From an uncultured Planctomycetaceae bacterium (lineage in GTDB: Bacteria; Planctomycetota; Planctomycetia; Isosphaerales; Isosphaeraceae), in assembly GCA_963833985.1 (NCBI GenBank), contig CAWIAD010000002.1:4992001-5056000 (forward strand): 64,000 nucleotides of DNA, written 5' to 3'. The translations under genes were made by a program, and so were the position numbers. Positions 51,772 through 62,590 of this stretch are shown here, in pieces; the stretch's first letter is position 1; each line of letters begins with the position of its first letter. Below the pieces are notes generated by a model. That model saw nothing but the letters and a program-made list of their open reading frames with translations. It had not been told where the DNA came from and searched no databases.

Positions 51772-52749
51772 TCATCCCCTGGTGCGGGGAAGGACGCTGT
51801 AGACCGTCTTGAGAAGGTCGGCAGATGACCATTTGTTTCTCTGGGTCCCCACTTCCAGCCGCACCAGGCGGCCTTGCGGATCGATGACCGCCGTGCAAAG
51901 GTTATGAATGATTTCATCCTTACCGGGGCCGTAAACGAGCCCAAGCGGCCCGGCGACCCTTGCCAGCTCGTCGTGTGCGGCGCTCGCGAAACTCCAGAGT
52001 GGAGGCGTCGCCCCCCGGATCCGGGCATGCGTGCGGAGGATCTCCGGCGTATCATGCTCGGGGTCAAACGAGATCGACACCAGCCGGATCTTCTCGGCCC
52101 GGGCGGGGAACGCCGCAATCGACATGGCCAGGTCGGCGAATCGCCGGTCCATGGCGGGGCAGAAATCGGGCAGCGGACAGCGGGTATAGATGAACGTCAG
52201 TACCAAGACCTTACCTCTCAGGTCCGAGAGCTTGTACACCTGTCCGTCCTGACCGGTCAAGCGGAAATCGGGCACCAGGTCTCCTACCTCCAGCCGCTTC
52301 GGGCCGGGCCGGAGTCCAGGCCGATCGCGCGACAGGTCCAGCACCAGGGGCGGTGCGGGCGCAACAGCCACCACCCTCAGATCGACCAGCTGGTAATCCC
52401 TGGTCGTGCCGTTCTCCTGCTCGACGCGGAGCTTCCCTTCCACCTGATCGCCGGGCCGAAGATCATCCAGAACGGCCGGATCGCCGATCCGGAACGGCAT
52501 CGTCATCGCTTCCATGAAACCGGGAATCGCCTCGTGGCGGATGATCGCCTCCTTCGTTGCCTTCTCGACCCTCTTCACCTCTCCCCGCAGTACATATTCC
52601 TTCACGGCCGGGGCTGCCTGAGCTTTCGCCGGCTCGGGCGAGACGTCTCGCCGGGCCGAACATCCCCCCGGAGCCGCGCACAACAAGGCGATCATCCAGA
52701 CCCGCGCCCGCAGCATCGAGCGCCGGTGTGGCGTGCGGCGGTCGCGCAT
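51772..52749 (-). CDS. CusF-like copper-binding domain fused to SCO1/SenC domain
   Basis: IRHEAIPGFMEAMTMPF; TFIYTRCPLPDFCP, SFDPEHDTP, IIHNL. Start uncertain. Confidence 0.9.
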   Translation of the reverse strand: MRDRRTPHRRSMLRARVWMIALLCAAPGGCSARRDVSPEPAKAQAAPAVKEYVLRGEVKRVEKATKEAIIRHEAIPGFMEAMTMPFRIGDPAVLDDLRPGDQVEGKLRVEQENGTTRDYQLVDLRVVAVAPAPPLVLDLSRDRPGLRPGPKRLEVGDLVPDFRLTGQDGQVYKLSDLRGKVLVLTFIYTRCPLPDFCPAMDRRFADLAMSIAAFPARAEKIRLVSISFDPEHDTPEILRTHARIRGATPPLWSFASAAHDELARVAGPLGLVYGPGKDEIIHNLCTAVIDPQGRLVRLEVGTQRNKWSSADLLKTVYSVLPRTRG

Positions 52750-52812
52750 GGAGAGCAAAGCGAACGCGACTGACCCGGCTGATTCCATCGATCCGGTCCC
52801 CCGAACGCATGC

Positions 52813-53580
52813 TTAAAAAGGAAAGTGTTCGTCGAGCGGGCTGCGCGCGAGCTCCCTCAGGAACGCGGCGATGCGCTGGCTCACCAGCTCAGTGACCGCC
52901 TCGCCCTTGGCGGCGGTCGCTGCACGAGGATCTCCCGAGCCCGAGTTGGTGGTCAGCAGGTGCCAGGGCCGGGTCAGCTCCACCCATCCTTTCTGCACCG
53001 CCGTGAACCGGCTGGAGCGAACGGTTCCGGCGTCGGCCTCCGCGAGTGCGACCAGGTCCGGGAAGTGGGCCAGTCCCATGCTGGTCTCCATTTCTCCGGC
53101 GTGGTCATCCTTGCACTGAAAGATGGTTTCGTAGCCATCGGCGGCAACCTTGTACCAGTTGCACAGGAAGAGGTGGACCGGAGTGGCCCGGTGAAGCTCC
53201 CGGAGGACCCACTTCAGGTCATTCCCGCCGTGCCCATTGAGCAGCAGGCACTTGAGGACTCCGTGTGTCGCCAGCGAGTCGACCAGGTCCGTGATCACCC
53301 GGCACAGGGTCGAGGGACTCAGGTTCATCGCCAGGGGAAAGCCCATCTGGTTGGTTTCCGTGCCGTAAGGAATGCTCGGCAAGACCAGCACCCGCGCACC
53401 CTGCTCGCTGGCCAGGGCCGCGGCGCGGCTGGCAATGGTCTCGACCTGGAACGTGTCGGTCCCGTAGGGGAGGTGGAGGTTGTGCGGTTCCGTCGCTCCC
53501 AGGGGAAGCACCGCCACCTCGTACACAGGGTTCGACTTGACCCGGCCGTAAGTGATATCCGCGAGCCGCCAGGGTTGCAT
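52813..53580 (-). CDS. Creatininase-family amidohydrolase
   Basis: PLGATEPHNLHLPYGTD, NGHGGN, HAGEMETS. Confidence 0.93.
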   Translation of the reverse strand: MQPWRLADITYGRVKSNPVYEVAVLPLGATEPHNLHLPYGTDTFQVETIASRAAALASEQGARVLVLPSIPYGTETNQMGFPLAMNLSPSTLCRVITDLVDSLATHGVLKCLLLNGHGGNDLKWVLRELHRATPVHLFLCNWYKVAADGYETIFQCKDDHAGEMETSMGLAHFPDLVALAEADAGTVRSSRFTAVQKGWVELTRPWHLLTTNSGSGDPRAATAAKGEAVTELVSQRIAAFLRELARSPLDEHFPF

Positions 53581-53850
53581 GGGCATTTCCTTGTCCAGAA
53601 AAAGGCATGGACCGGCCGCGCCGGCTGGAAGTCCGGTCCGGCTCGACCCTTGCCCCGATCGCTCCGGGAGTGCCTGGCCGTTGACCGCAAGGCCAGTCGT
53701 GGCCGTCACTTTCCTACCAGCGCAGGTGCGGCCGTGGACCGGCCGCCAGGACCATTGCTCGGGGTGGGGTGGTCCGTATAGGATCGGGGGGCGGGCGTTG
53801 CTGGCCACCAACCGCTCCTCTTGGTCCGTTATCCTGGGATTGACCCGCCA

Positions 53851-55080
53851 ATGCAAGCCTTCGAGGCGACAAGTCTCTATTTTGACCAGGCCGCCAAGCT
53901 GCTCGGGCTGACCGACAACATCCGGACCCTGCTTGTGACCCCCGACCGCGAGGTCCGGGTCGAGGTCGTCATCGAGCTGGATTCCGGAGCAATCGGCAAC
54001 TTCATCGGCTACCGCGTCCAGCACGACAACGCGCGCGGCCCTTACAAGGGCGGACTGCGCTACCATCCCCTGGTCGATCAGGACGAGGCTCGGTCGCTGG
54101 CCAGCCTGATGACATGGAAGACCGCGCTGGTGGACCTGCCCTACGGGGGAGCCAAGGGAGGGATCAACTGCGACCCGACCAAGCTGTCGCGCGGCGAGAT
54201 GGAGCGCCTCACGCGCAGGTTCATCGAGAAGATCCACGACATGATCGGGCCCTTCAAGGACATCCCCGCTCCCGACATGGGAACAGATGCCCAGGTCATG
54301 GCCTGGATCATGAACGAATACGGCAAGTTTGAGGGGTTCCACCCGGCCTGTGTCACCGGCAAGCCCGTGGAGTTCCACGGCTCCGAGGGGCGCGAGGCTG
54401 CCACGGGATACGGCGTCGCAATCGTGACTCGCGAGCTGCTCTCCCGGCTGGGCCGGTCGATCGCCGGCTCGACCTTCGCCATCCAGGGCTATGGCAACGT
54501 CGGCAGCCACACCGCGCGATATCTCTGGCGGCAAGGGGCCAAGGTCGTGGCCGTCTCCGACGCCTACGGCGCCGTGGTGAACCGCGCGGGACTGGACATT
54601 GCCGAGCTTGACCGGCACGTTGCCGTGAGCCGGAAGGTCGTCGGCTTCAAGGGCGGAGAGCCCGCCACCAACGACCAGCTCTTGCTCCTGCCGGTGGACG
54701 TCCTCATCCCCGCGGCCCTGGGCGGGGTCTTCGACAAGGAGATGGCGGCTGCCGTCCAGGCCGGCCTGGTCGTCGAGGCCGCCAACAGTCCCACGTGGCC
54801 CGAGGCCGACGAGGTGTTCAACGCGCGCGGCATTCCGGTGGTCCCGGATATCCTGGCCAACGCGGGCGGCGTGATCGTCAGCTACTTTGAATGGGTCCAG
54901 AACCTCCAGCACTTCCGCTGGCCGCTCGAACAGATCCACCGCGAGGAAGAGAAACGCCTGGTGGACGCCTTCGGCGAGATGTACGAGCTGTCCCAGCGCA
55001 AGCAGATCTCCATGCGAACCGCGGCGTTCTACCTGGCCATCACGCGCGTCAGCCGGGCCCATGCGCTGGGCGGAATGTGA
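53851..55080 (+). CDS. gdhA: Glu/Leu/Phe/Val dehydrogenase (glutamate dehydrogenase)
   Basis: GPYKGGLRYHP, GGAKGG, IPAPDMGT, QGYGNVG, ANAGGVIVSYFEW. Confidence 0.93.
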   Translation: MQAFEATSLYFDQAAKLLGLTDNIRTLLVTPDREVRVEVVIELDSGAIGNFIGYRVQHDNARGPYKGGLRYHPLVDQDEARSLASLMTWKTALVDLPYGGAKGGINCDPTKLSRGEMERLTRRFIEKIHDMIGPFKDIPAPDMGTDAQVMAWIMNEYGKFEGFHPACVTGKPVEFHGSEGREAATGYGVAIVTRELLSRLGRSIAGSTFAIQGYGNVGSHTARYLWRQGAKVVAVSDAYGAVVNRAGLDIAELDRHVAVSRKVVGFKGGEPATNDQLLLLPVDVLIPAALGGVFDKEMAAAVQAGLVVEAANSPTWPEADEVFNARGIPVVPDILANAGGVIVSYFEWVQNLQHFRWPLEQIHREEEKRLVDAFGEMYELSQRKQISMRTAAFYLAITRVSRAHALGGM

Positions 55081-55127
55081 TTCGGCCCGGAAACGTGAGA
55101 CTCACCAGATTTGACAGATGTTTTTTC

Positions 55128-56558
55128 ATGTCACAATACGAAACGTACGATAATCCCCTGATCGTCCGCTATGCCAGCCGGCGCATGGCGAGGCTGTGGT
55201 CCCCCCAGGTCAAGTTCAGCACCTGGCGGCGGCTCTGGGTCGCTCTGGCCGAGGCCCAGCATGCGCTCGGGTTGAACATCACGCCATCGCAGATCGAGGC
55301 GCTGCGGGCGCAGGTGGACCACATTGATTTCGCCGCCGCCGAGGCCTACGAGCAACGGTTCCGGCACGATGTGATGGCCCACATCCACGCCTACGGAGAC
55401 GCCGCCCCCGAGGCGCGGCCGATCATCCACCTGGGCGCGACAAGCTGCTTCGTGACCGACAACACCGACCTGATCCTGATGCGGGAAGCGCTCGATCTGT
55501 TGCGCGGCCAGCTCGCTCGCGTGATCGACGACCTGGCGCACTTCGCCGTGCGGTGGAAAGACCTGCCGTGCCTGGGGTACACCCACTTCCAGCCGGCCCA
55601 GCTGGTGACAGTCGGCAAGCGGGCGACGCTCTGGTGCCACGAACTGGTCCTCGACCTCGCCGAGGTCGAGCGCCGGCGATCGGAGTTAGCCTTCCTGGGA
55701 GTCAAGGGGACGACGGGCACGCAAGCCAGCTTCCTGGCGCTGTTCGGGGGTGACGACGCGAAGGTCGAGGCGCTGGACCGCAAGGTCGCCTCGGCTTTTG
55801 GCTTCGAGAAGACGTGTACGGTCTCGGGCCAGACGTATTCGCGGAAGATTGATTCCCAGGTGGTCGGGGCCCTGGCCGGGCTGGCCGAGAGCGCACATCG
55901 TTTCGGGACGGATCTTCGCCTGCTCGCTCACGAGCGTGAGCTCGAGGAGCCCTTCGAGGCCGAGCAAGTTGGCTCATCGGCCATGGCGTACAAGCGCAAT
56001 CCCATGCGAGCAGAGCGTTTATGCTCTTTGGCAAGATTCTTGTCGGCCTTGCCGGCCGCAGCCGGCCAGACGGCCGCCACGCAATGGCTGGAACGCACGC
56101 TGGACGATAGTGCGGTTCGCCGCCTGGTGCTTCCGCAAGCATTCCTGGCGGCTGACGCCCTGCTGAAACTTTATGCGAACATCGTTCCGGGCCTGATTGT
56201 CCATCAAGCGGTGACCGCCCGGCACGTGGCCGAGCAACTGCCGTTCATGGCGACCGAGAACCTGCTCATGGCGGCCGTGGCGGCCGGAGGCGATCGCCAG
56301 GCGCTTCACGAGCGGATCCGCGTGCATTCCCTCGCGGCCGCGGAGCGGCTCAAGGCGGGCGCCGCAGAGAACGACCTGATCGACCGGCTGAGGGAAGATC
56401 CCGCTTTTCCTGCCGTCGATTTCGCCGCGATCACCCATCCGGCCCGGTTCGTGGGGCGATCCGCACGTCAGGTCGATGAGTTCGTGGCCGCCGAGGTCGA
56501 GCCGATCCGCCTGCGCCACCTCCGGGAGTCGTCTCCCGCGGAGCAGGTTTGCGTCTGA
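55128..56558 (+). CDS. purB: Adenylosuccinate lyase
   Basis: RHDVMAH, HLGATS, THFQPAQ, GSSAMAYKRNP signature. Confidence 0.96.
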   Translation: MSQYETYDNPLIVRYASRRMARLWSPQVKFSTWRRLWVALAEAQHALGLNITPSQIEALRAQVDHIDFAAAEAYEQRFRHDVMAHIHAYGDAAPEARPIIHLGATSCFVTDNTDLILMREALDLLRGQLARVIDDLAHFAVRWKDLPCLGYTHFQPAQLVTVGKRATLWCHELVLDLAEVERRRSELAFLGVKGTTGTQASFLALFGGDDAKVEALDRKVASAFGFEKTCTVSGQTYSRKIDSQVVGALAGLAESAHRFGTDLRLLAHERELEEPFEAEQVGSSAMAYKRNPMRAERLCSLARFLSALPAAAGQTAATQWLERTLDDSAVRRLVLPQAFLAADALLKLYANIVPGLIVHQAVTARHVAEQLPFMATENLLMAAVAAGGDRQALHERIRVHSLAAAERLKAGAAENDLIDRLREDPAFPAVDFAAITHPARFVGRSARQVDEFVAAEVEPIRLRHLRESSPAEQVCV

Positions 56559-56662
56559 CCACCGGGATGACCGGTTCCCGCCCGGCGAGCGCGATTCGTG
56601 CGCGTGGCGTGACCCGGAAAACGCGATGGCGGGCCAGCCGCCTGGCCGGAAACGCGACGAGA

Positions 56663-56857
56663 TCAGACCCGGGACGTCTGGTGCTGGCGCGCCTTACGCA
56701 ACCGCTTCAGTTCCTCGCGACGGCGCCGCTCGCTCGGCTTCTCATAGTAGGCCTTGCGCCGCATCTCCTTGCGTAAGCCACTTCTCTCGCACAACTTGCG
56801 GAAGCGTCGAACCGCTTCCTGGATGGACTCGCCAGCCCGCACCCGTAACTTCACCAC
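56663..56857 (-). CDS. rpsU: 30S ribosomal protein bS21
   Basis: [12 protein letters not shown]...[11 protein letters not shown]. Confidence 0.96.
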   Translation of the reverse strand: MVKLRVRAGESIQEAVRRFRKLCERSGLRKEMRRKAYYEKPSERRRREELKRLRKARQHQTSRV

Positions 56858-57189
56858 AGTCGCGTTCTCTCTTTCCTTTCCAGGGTCAGCCGGAATCGAT
56901 CGAGCGCCAGGCGGCGGCCGACCAGCCTGTTACGGCCCTCGATCACGGCGGTAATCGCTGAAGTCGCCGATTCCTCGGTGAACAGAGGATTGTACCACCA
57001 CGGCCACCGCGATTCACGCACGAACCGGCAAGGAATGACGAGAATATCAGGGACGGGCAGCGCTGCCAAGGGGCGATACGGAGACGCCGGGGCTTTGCTT
57101 CTCCGGATCCTGTCCGCTGCCCCCTCACCCTGATATCCAGGCACGGCGGGGCGGGGAGGGGGCGACTCTTGCTCGATGAGGCTGGCGCA

Positions 57190-57387
57190 TCAGACGCCAG
57201 CGGTCGCCAGGGCCTGGCGGACGGGGCCGCTGCCGGTTTTTTCCAGGATCTCCTGCCGGAACACCTTGATGTGACCGGGCGCGTCGATGCCCAGGCGGAC
57301 CTGACCACCCTCGATCTTCACCACGGTCACGACGATGCCGCCATCAATCACGATCTTCTCGTTCAGCTTACGGCTCAAGACCAGCAT
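57190..57387 (-). CDS. csrA: Carbon storage regulator CsrA
   Basis: MLVLSRKLNEKIVI...VRLGIDAP...VFRQE. Confidence 0.95.
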   Translation of the reverse strand: MLVLSRKLNEKIVIDGGIVVTVVKIEGGQVRLGIDAPGHIKVFRQEILEKTGSGPVRQALATAGV

Positions 57388-57517
57388 GGTTTCCTCCTTG
57401 CTCAGGGTAGAACGTCTTGTCCTCAGTGTGCGATTCTTTCGCAGCTTCCCGATTCCACGCCTTGCCTGCCGGCCTTCCTGGCGTTGCGAGCGGTGCCGCG
57501 AACTGAAATGAATGAAT

Positions 57518-57535
57518 ATGCACGCGCGATGCCAA
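57518..57535 (-). promoter_or_regulatory. sigma54 (-24/-12) promoter upstream of csrA
   Basis: - strand TTGGCATCGCGCGTGCAT = GG-N10-GC, ~130 bp upstream of the ATG. Confidence 0.6.
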
Positions 57536-57823
57536 CGTCAAATCCTCGTGTGCGGATCGATCCCAGATCCTTTGCCATAAACGACTTGTGCCAGAAGAAG
57601 GATCCCCCGTGAAGACTGCCGCTTTGATTCATGGATACAGAACTTGAGACAATTCTTCCCAAAATTCCCTTTCGCTGCGGAAAAAGGGAACGATCGGGAG
57701 ACTCCTGCCCCCGGGATAGCCAGAAACGGGCAGAGCGAGTACCATGTGGGCGGCCACGACGATCCGCGGGGCCCTGGCGGAGAGCCGGCTCAGTGGTCCG
57801 AGTGATTCTGCTGGGAGGGGATT

Positions 57824-58309
57824 GTGTTCCGCGTGGGCCTTGGCCACGACACCCATCGGCTGGAGGAAGGACGTCCGCTGATCCTGGCCGGCGTGCGGAT
57901 CGAGCATCCCAGGGGCCTGGCCGGCCATTCCGACGCGGATGTGGTCTGCCATGCCGTGGCCGATGCGCTGCTGGGGGCAGCCGGTCTGGGAGATATCGGC
58001 GAACACTATCCCGACACGGACCCCCGGTGGAAAGGGCTGGACAGCACGCGGCTCCTGGCCGATATCGTGGAGAGGCTTTCCGTTTCGGGCTGGACCGCGG
58101 TCAACTGCGACGTCATCGTGCACGCACAGGAGCCGAAGCTCGGACCGCACAAGGCGGCCATGCGCACCCGCCTGGCACACCTGCTGCGGCTCGCCGAGAC
58201 GGCGGTCAACATCAAGGCCAAGACGGGCGAGCGCGTCGGGCCCGTTGGCCGGGGCGAGGCCATCTGCTCGCACGCCGTCGTGCTGATCCAGCAGCGAGAG
58301 ACCGGATGA
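57824..58309 (+). CDS. ispF: 2-C-methyl-D-erythritol 2,4-cyclodiphosphate synthase
   Basis: GHDTHRL, HSDADV, GDIGEHYPD, KAKTGE. Confidence 0.96.
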   Translation: MFRVGLGHDTHRLEEGRPLILAGVRIEHPRGLAGHSDADVVCHAVADALLGAAGLGDIGEHYPDTDPRWKGLDSTRLLADIVERLSVSGWTAVNCDVIVHAQEPKLGPHKAAMRTRLAHLLRLAETAVNIKAKTGERVGPVGRGEAICSHAVVLIQQRETG

Positions 58310-58377
58310 GGTGCGGGACTTCGGCTGCGGTTCGTATCATGAGCGCCCCGTCGATACGTTGGAAATGACGAGCTTCC

Positions 58378-59857
58378 ATGCCATTACGAGTCTATAACAC
58401 GCTGACCCAGACCAAGGAGCCGTTTCATACCGTCGTGCCCGGCAGTGTTGGCATGTACGTCTGCGGGCCGACCGTCTACTCCAAGAGCCACATCGGCCAC
58501 ATGGTCGGGCCGGTCATCTTTGATACGATCAAGCGCTACCTGGTTTACCTGGGCTACCGTGTGACCTGGGTTGTGAACATCACCGACGTCGATGACAAGC
58601 TGATCGTCCAGGCCCGGAACGACGGCACGACGGTCCGCGAGCTGGCGGAGCGGGTCACGCGGGACTATCTCGACTGCCTGGAGGCGCTGGGGGTGGCTCA
58701 GGGTGAGAGCGGGATCGACGCCATGCCCCGCGCCACCGAGCATATTGCCGAGATCATCACGATGATCGCGGGGCTGATCGACAAGGCCTTCGCTTATCCC
58801 TCCGGCGGCGACGTTTACTTTGATGTGACACGGGCCGCGGAATACGGCAAGCTCAGCCACCGCGATCCCGAAGAGCTGGTGGCCGGCGCCCGGGTCGAGT
58901 CGTCGAGCCTGAAGCGCAATGCCGGCGATTTCGCCCTCTGGAAAAGCTCCAAGCCGGGCGAACCGTCCTGGGAAAGCCCGTGGGGACCGGGCCGGCCCGG
59001 CTGGCATATCGAATGCTCGGCCATGAGCATGAAATACCTGGGCCCGCACTTCGACATCCACGGCGGCGGGCTCGATCTCGTCTTTCCGCACCATGAGAAC
59101 GAGGTGGTCCAGTCCGAGTCGTACACCGGCGTGACGTTCGCCTCGTACTGGCTGCACAACGGGCTCCTGACCAAGGACGGCAAGAAGATCTCCAAGTCGG
59201 ACCCGGGTACGGTCGTCCTCATGAGCGACCTGCTCGAGGCGCACGCGCCAGACACGCTGCGGGCACTGCTGCTCTCCAGCCATTATCGCCGGCCCATCGA
59301 CTATGGCCCCACACGGCTCGAGGAACTCGAGCGCGGGCTGCAAACCTTCTACCGCGCGTTCGAGCGGTTCGAGGAGCTCACCGGAACGTCGTTCTATGCG
59401 CTCATCCCGCCGGCGCCGGGAGGAAGCACCCGGAGACCCCGGGCTGCCCGTGGATGTGGCCGAGCATCGCCAGCGGTTCCTGGAAGCGATGGACGACGAT
59501 TTCAACACCGGCGCCGCTCTCGGTGAGCTCTACGACGTCGCGCACGCCGTGAACCGGCTCGCGGCCTCTCCGGCGGTTGCGGGCGGCGAAACGTCGCAGT
59601 ACGCAGCCGCGATGGCCGTGCTGCGCGAGCTCAGCCAGATTCTTGGTCTCTTTCGTCAGCCGGCCGGCCGGCCACAGGTGCAGGGTGACGCGCTTTCCGC
59701 GCCCTTGATGGAGCTTCTGCTGGAGCTGCGCGCGCGGCTTCGCAAGGAGAAGAACTTCGCGCTGGCCGACGAGCTTCGCAGCCGACTGTCCGCGCTGGGG
59801 GTGGTGCTGGAAGACCGTCCGGATGGAACGCGGTGGAGGATCGAGCCGCGGCGTTGA
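58378..59857 (+). CDS. cysS: Cysteine--tRNA ligase (apparent frameshift ~59415)
   Basis: CGPTVY, HIGH, GWHIECSAM, FPHHENE, KISKS; the C-terminus MDDDFNT...ADELR...LED lies in ORF 59303-59857. Confidence 0.95.
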
Positions 59858-59901
59858 CAGGCAGCCGGCTTCCCTTCGCGGGAAGCAAGGAGTGTGCAGG
59901 G

Positions 59902-60483
59902 ATGGCCCTCCGTTTATGCGAATCTGAGCCCGACTTCGAGCGCGAGCGAAAACGCGCGGCGGACGGGCCACCGATCGTCGCCGGCCGCGTGCTTGGCGTG
60001 GACCCCGGGCTCACGGTCACCGGCTACGCGCTGGTCGAGCCGTCTTCTCAAGGTCCTTACGTCCTGGAGGCCGGCGTGATACGGCCTCCCATTCCGACCG
60101 CCGCGCTGGGCCAGCGGCTGGCCTACCTGCATCAGGGCATCGAGGAGGTGCTGGACGCGTTTTGCCCGGCATCGCTGGCCCTCGAGCGAGTCCACAGCCA
60201 CGTGAAGCATCCCCGCACGTCCATCCTGATGGCGCACGCCCGGGGAGTGATCGTGCTGGCGGCGGCCGCGCGGGGCATCCCCGTTTTCGGTTACGCCGCG
60301 ACCCGGGTCAAGAAAACGCTTACCGGGAGCGGCCGGGCCCCCAAGCCGCAGATCCAGCACGCGATCATGACCGAGCTTCGTCTGCCCACGCTTCCCGAGC
60401 CGCACGATGTCGCCGACGCCTGCGCGCTGGCGCTCTGCCATTTTCAGGTGGGCCGCAACACCCGGGGCCTGCCGGGATTCTGA
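59902..60483 (+). CDS. ruvC: Holliday junction resolvase RuvC
   Basis: GVDPGL..TGY, ALE, HARGV, TGSGRA.K, DVADA.ALA.CH. Confidence 0.95.
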   Translation: MALRLCESEPDFERERKRAADGPPIVAGRVLGVDPGLTVTGYALVEPSSQGPYVLEAGVIRPPIPTAALGQRLAYLHQGIEEVLDAFCPASLALERVHSHVKHPRTSILMAHARGVIVLAAAARGIPVFGYAATRVKKTLTGSGRAPKPQIQHAIMTELRLPTLPEPHDVADACALALCHFQVGRNTRGLPGF

Positions 60484-60589
60484 GTCAGAACTCATGGCGC
60501 CGGGAACCGATCCGGCCGTCGCGATTTGCGGGGGCCTCGTGTTCCCGGCGGCTTGATGCGTCTTGCGCTCCGGAGTTCATGTCTCAGTC

Positions 60590-62163
60590 TCAGGCACGCT
60601 TCCGGAAGGGTGCGGATCTGTGGTTGGCGGCCAGCCGGACGCGAACCGGGTGAACCACGCGCAGCGCGGGCCTGGCCGCGCGGGCGTACCTGAGCACCGG
60701 GCCTCCCGAACCCGAACCCGTGCCACTGCTGGCGACCACACTTGTCGGGCGAGTGTACCTGAGCACCGGGCCTCCCGAACCCGACCCCGTGCCACTGCTG
60801 GCGATCAAGAAGTAACTCAGATGCGAACTCTGGCCTCTCGCCGAGGTCAGTACCGGGCCTCCACTGCCACTTCCCGTCTTCTGTGTTGAGCCGCTGTAGT
60901 TCCCGAAGCTGCCTGCGTAGTTGACCTGGCCGCCCGGAGAGGCCTGGAGCTGACGGTACCAGGCCATGGATCTGGGATTTGAACGAATGACATTCACATA
61001 ATAATAAACCTCGGACCAGGTCGGCATGCGGCCGAAGAGCCTCTCGTATGCGCCACGACTTCACGGGCATGGTCTCCCTGGGGCAAGGCATACTCGAGCG
61101 TCGAGGCGATCGACTGCGCCCCGACGACGTGCAGGGTGTTTGACGCCAGATCGTTCATGAGCAGCTGCGCAAGGCTCGAGTTCGACACCGTGCCCAGCGC
61201 ACTCTGTGTCTGCGAAATGCTCTGCTGGTTCGTGGAGATCGTTGTTGTCAGGTAAGCCAGTTCGGCCTGGGGCAGGTTGCCGAGATTGAGTGATGAAAGG
61301 AACTGGGTGGCAAGCTGCGCGTCGCCCGGCTGGAGCCCGGCGGAGATTGGCGTGTTGGTGGCCGCGGCGATGCCCTGAAGCTGGAACATGCTCTGCGCGT
61401 GGTCGTTAATCACCTTGTTCGCGAAGGGTTGCAAGGTGGCGATCGCGCTCTGGTATTGCGATTGCGACTGTCCGGAGGCGATCGCGCTGGTCACCTCGGA
61501 CATGTAGCGCTCCAGCCAGCCGCTGGAAAACGAAGTACTGAGGATCTGTGCATCACTGGAGGAGAGCGTCTGCGGCCCCGCGGCCGGCGGCGTGCTGGGG
61601 TTGATGGCCGTGGGCCCGGAAAGCAGGCTCTCGGCGAGGCTCAGGTGCAGTTGCAGGACGGGAAGCTGAGTCGCCAGGAAGCTGTGGAAACCGGGGTCGC
61701 TGGTCGCGCTGAGCTGCTGCGTGAAGGTGGCAATCGCCTGCTGGTGGTTTTGCACCATGAGCGTCAGGAAGGTGTGGTCCACGTTGGCCGAACCCTGGGT
61801 GAGCATCATCTCCAGCGCCGAGCCGGCCAGGGACTGGTCTCCCGAGACGGGGCCTGCGGGAAGCACCACACCCTGTGAGCTAGCCAGCGTCTGGAGCTGG
61901 TACCCCGCCTCGGTATGGTCGCGCAGCAACAGCGCCGCGTACTGCGAGACATTGGGGTTGGTGCCAAGCAGCATGTCGGTCTGGGCCAGGAGCAGCTCCA
62001 GGTTGTTTGCCGAGGCATCCTGCTGCATGGCCTGCGTGTCGGCTGTGCTCGTTGGCGTGCTCGAGCCGCCGCCGGGCACTTCGGGGTAGAGTGGCACGGC
62101 GGTCAGCAATGCACGATTCTCAAGTGAATCGAATTGCAGCCGGAAAGAGTTCTTGCGTCGCAT
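60590..62163 (-). CDS. LEPR-XLL-type exported protein with two DUF4142-like (ferritin-like) domains and Gly/Ser repeats (frameshift ~61050)
   Basis: FRLQFDSLENRALLT; YAALLLRDHT...MVQNHQQAI...LPVLQLHLSLA; second domain FANKVINDH; joins AYERLFGRMPTWSEVYYYV in ORF 60590-61027. Confidence 0.75.
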
Positions 62164-62335
62164 GGGAGAGCCCCTGACTGTCGGCCAGAGCTTCCCGCGC
62201 GCACTCCATGCGGGTTCCGTGGCGCTGCCGGGAGCAGGCCGTGCGGTGTTCAACGTGGAGTGATCGTGGGAATCGGCCCTTGCTCGGAATCTGGTTGCTG
62301 GCACGTCACGCGACGGCCGGGTCGACAGCGAAGTC

Positions 62336-62351
62336 CGCAACAGTGATGCCG
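62336..62351 (-). promoter_or_regulatory. sigma54-like promoter upstream of the DUF4142 gene
   Basis: - strand CGGCATCACTGTTGCG = GG-N10-GC with TTGC. Confidence 0.5.
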
Positions 62352-62590
62352 TGCCTTCTCGAAAAGCTTGAAGGGGATTCGGCCGAGATTCCGCGGCCTG
62401 ATCGGTGCCGCTTGCGCGGGTTCGTGCTCGTACGAGAAACAGGCTGCGCCATGATTCAAAGCAAATGAAGATCCCTTAACTTGTTAAAGCAGGCTCATGC
62501 GACCGGGAGTGTGATACCGCCGGTCTCTCCCCGCCCTGAGGACGGGGAGAAGAAACGGCGATCTCGTCGCGTACCAGGCTGCGATCCCGC

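Noticed and set aside
52813..55062. 749-aa ORF as one protein
   Set aside because: The N-terminal ~490 aa is the antisense shadow of the dehydrogenase gene and intergenic DNA; only 53580-52813 is the creatininase.
59400..59430. Programmed frameshift or split cysS
   Set aside because: No slippery heptamer; it matches the window-wide indel error pattern.
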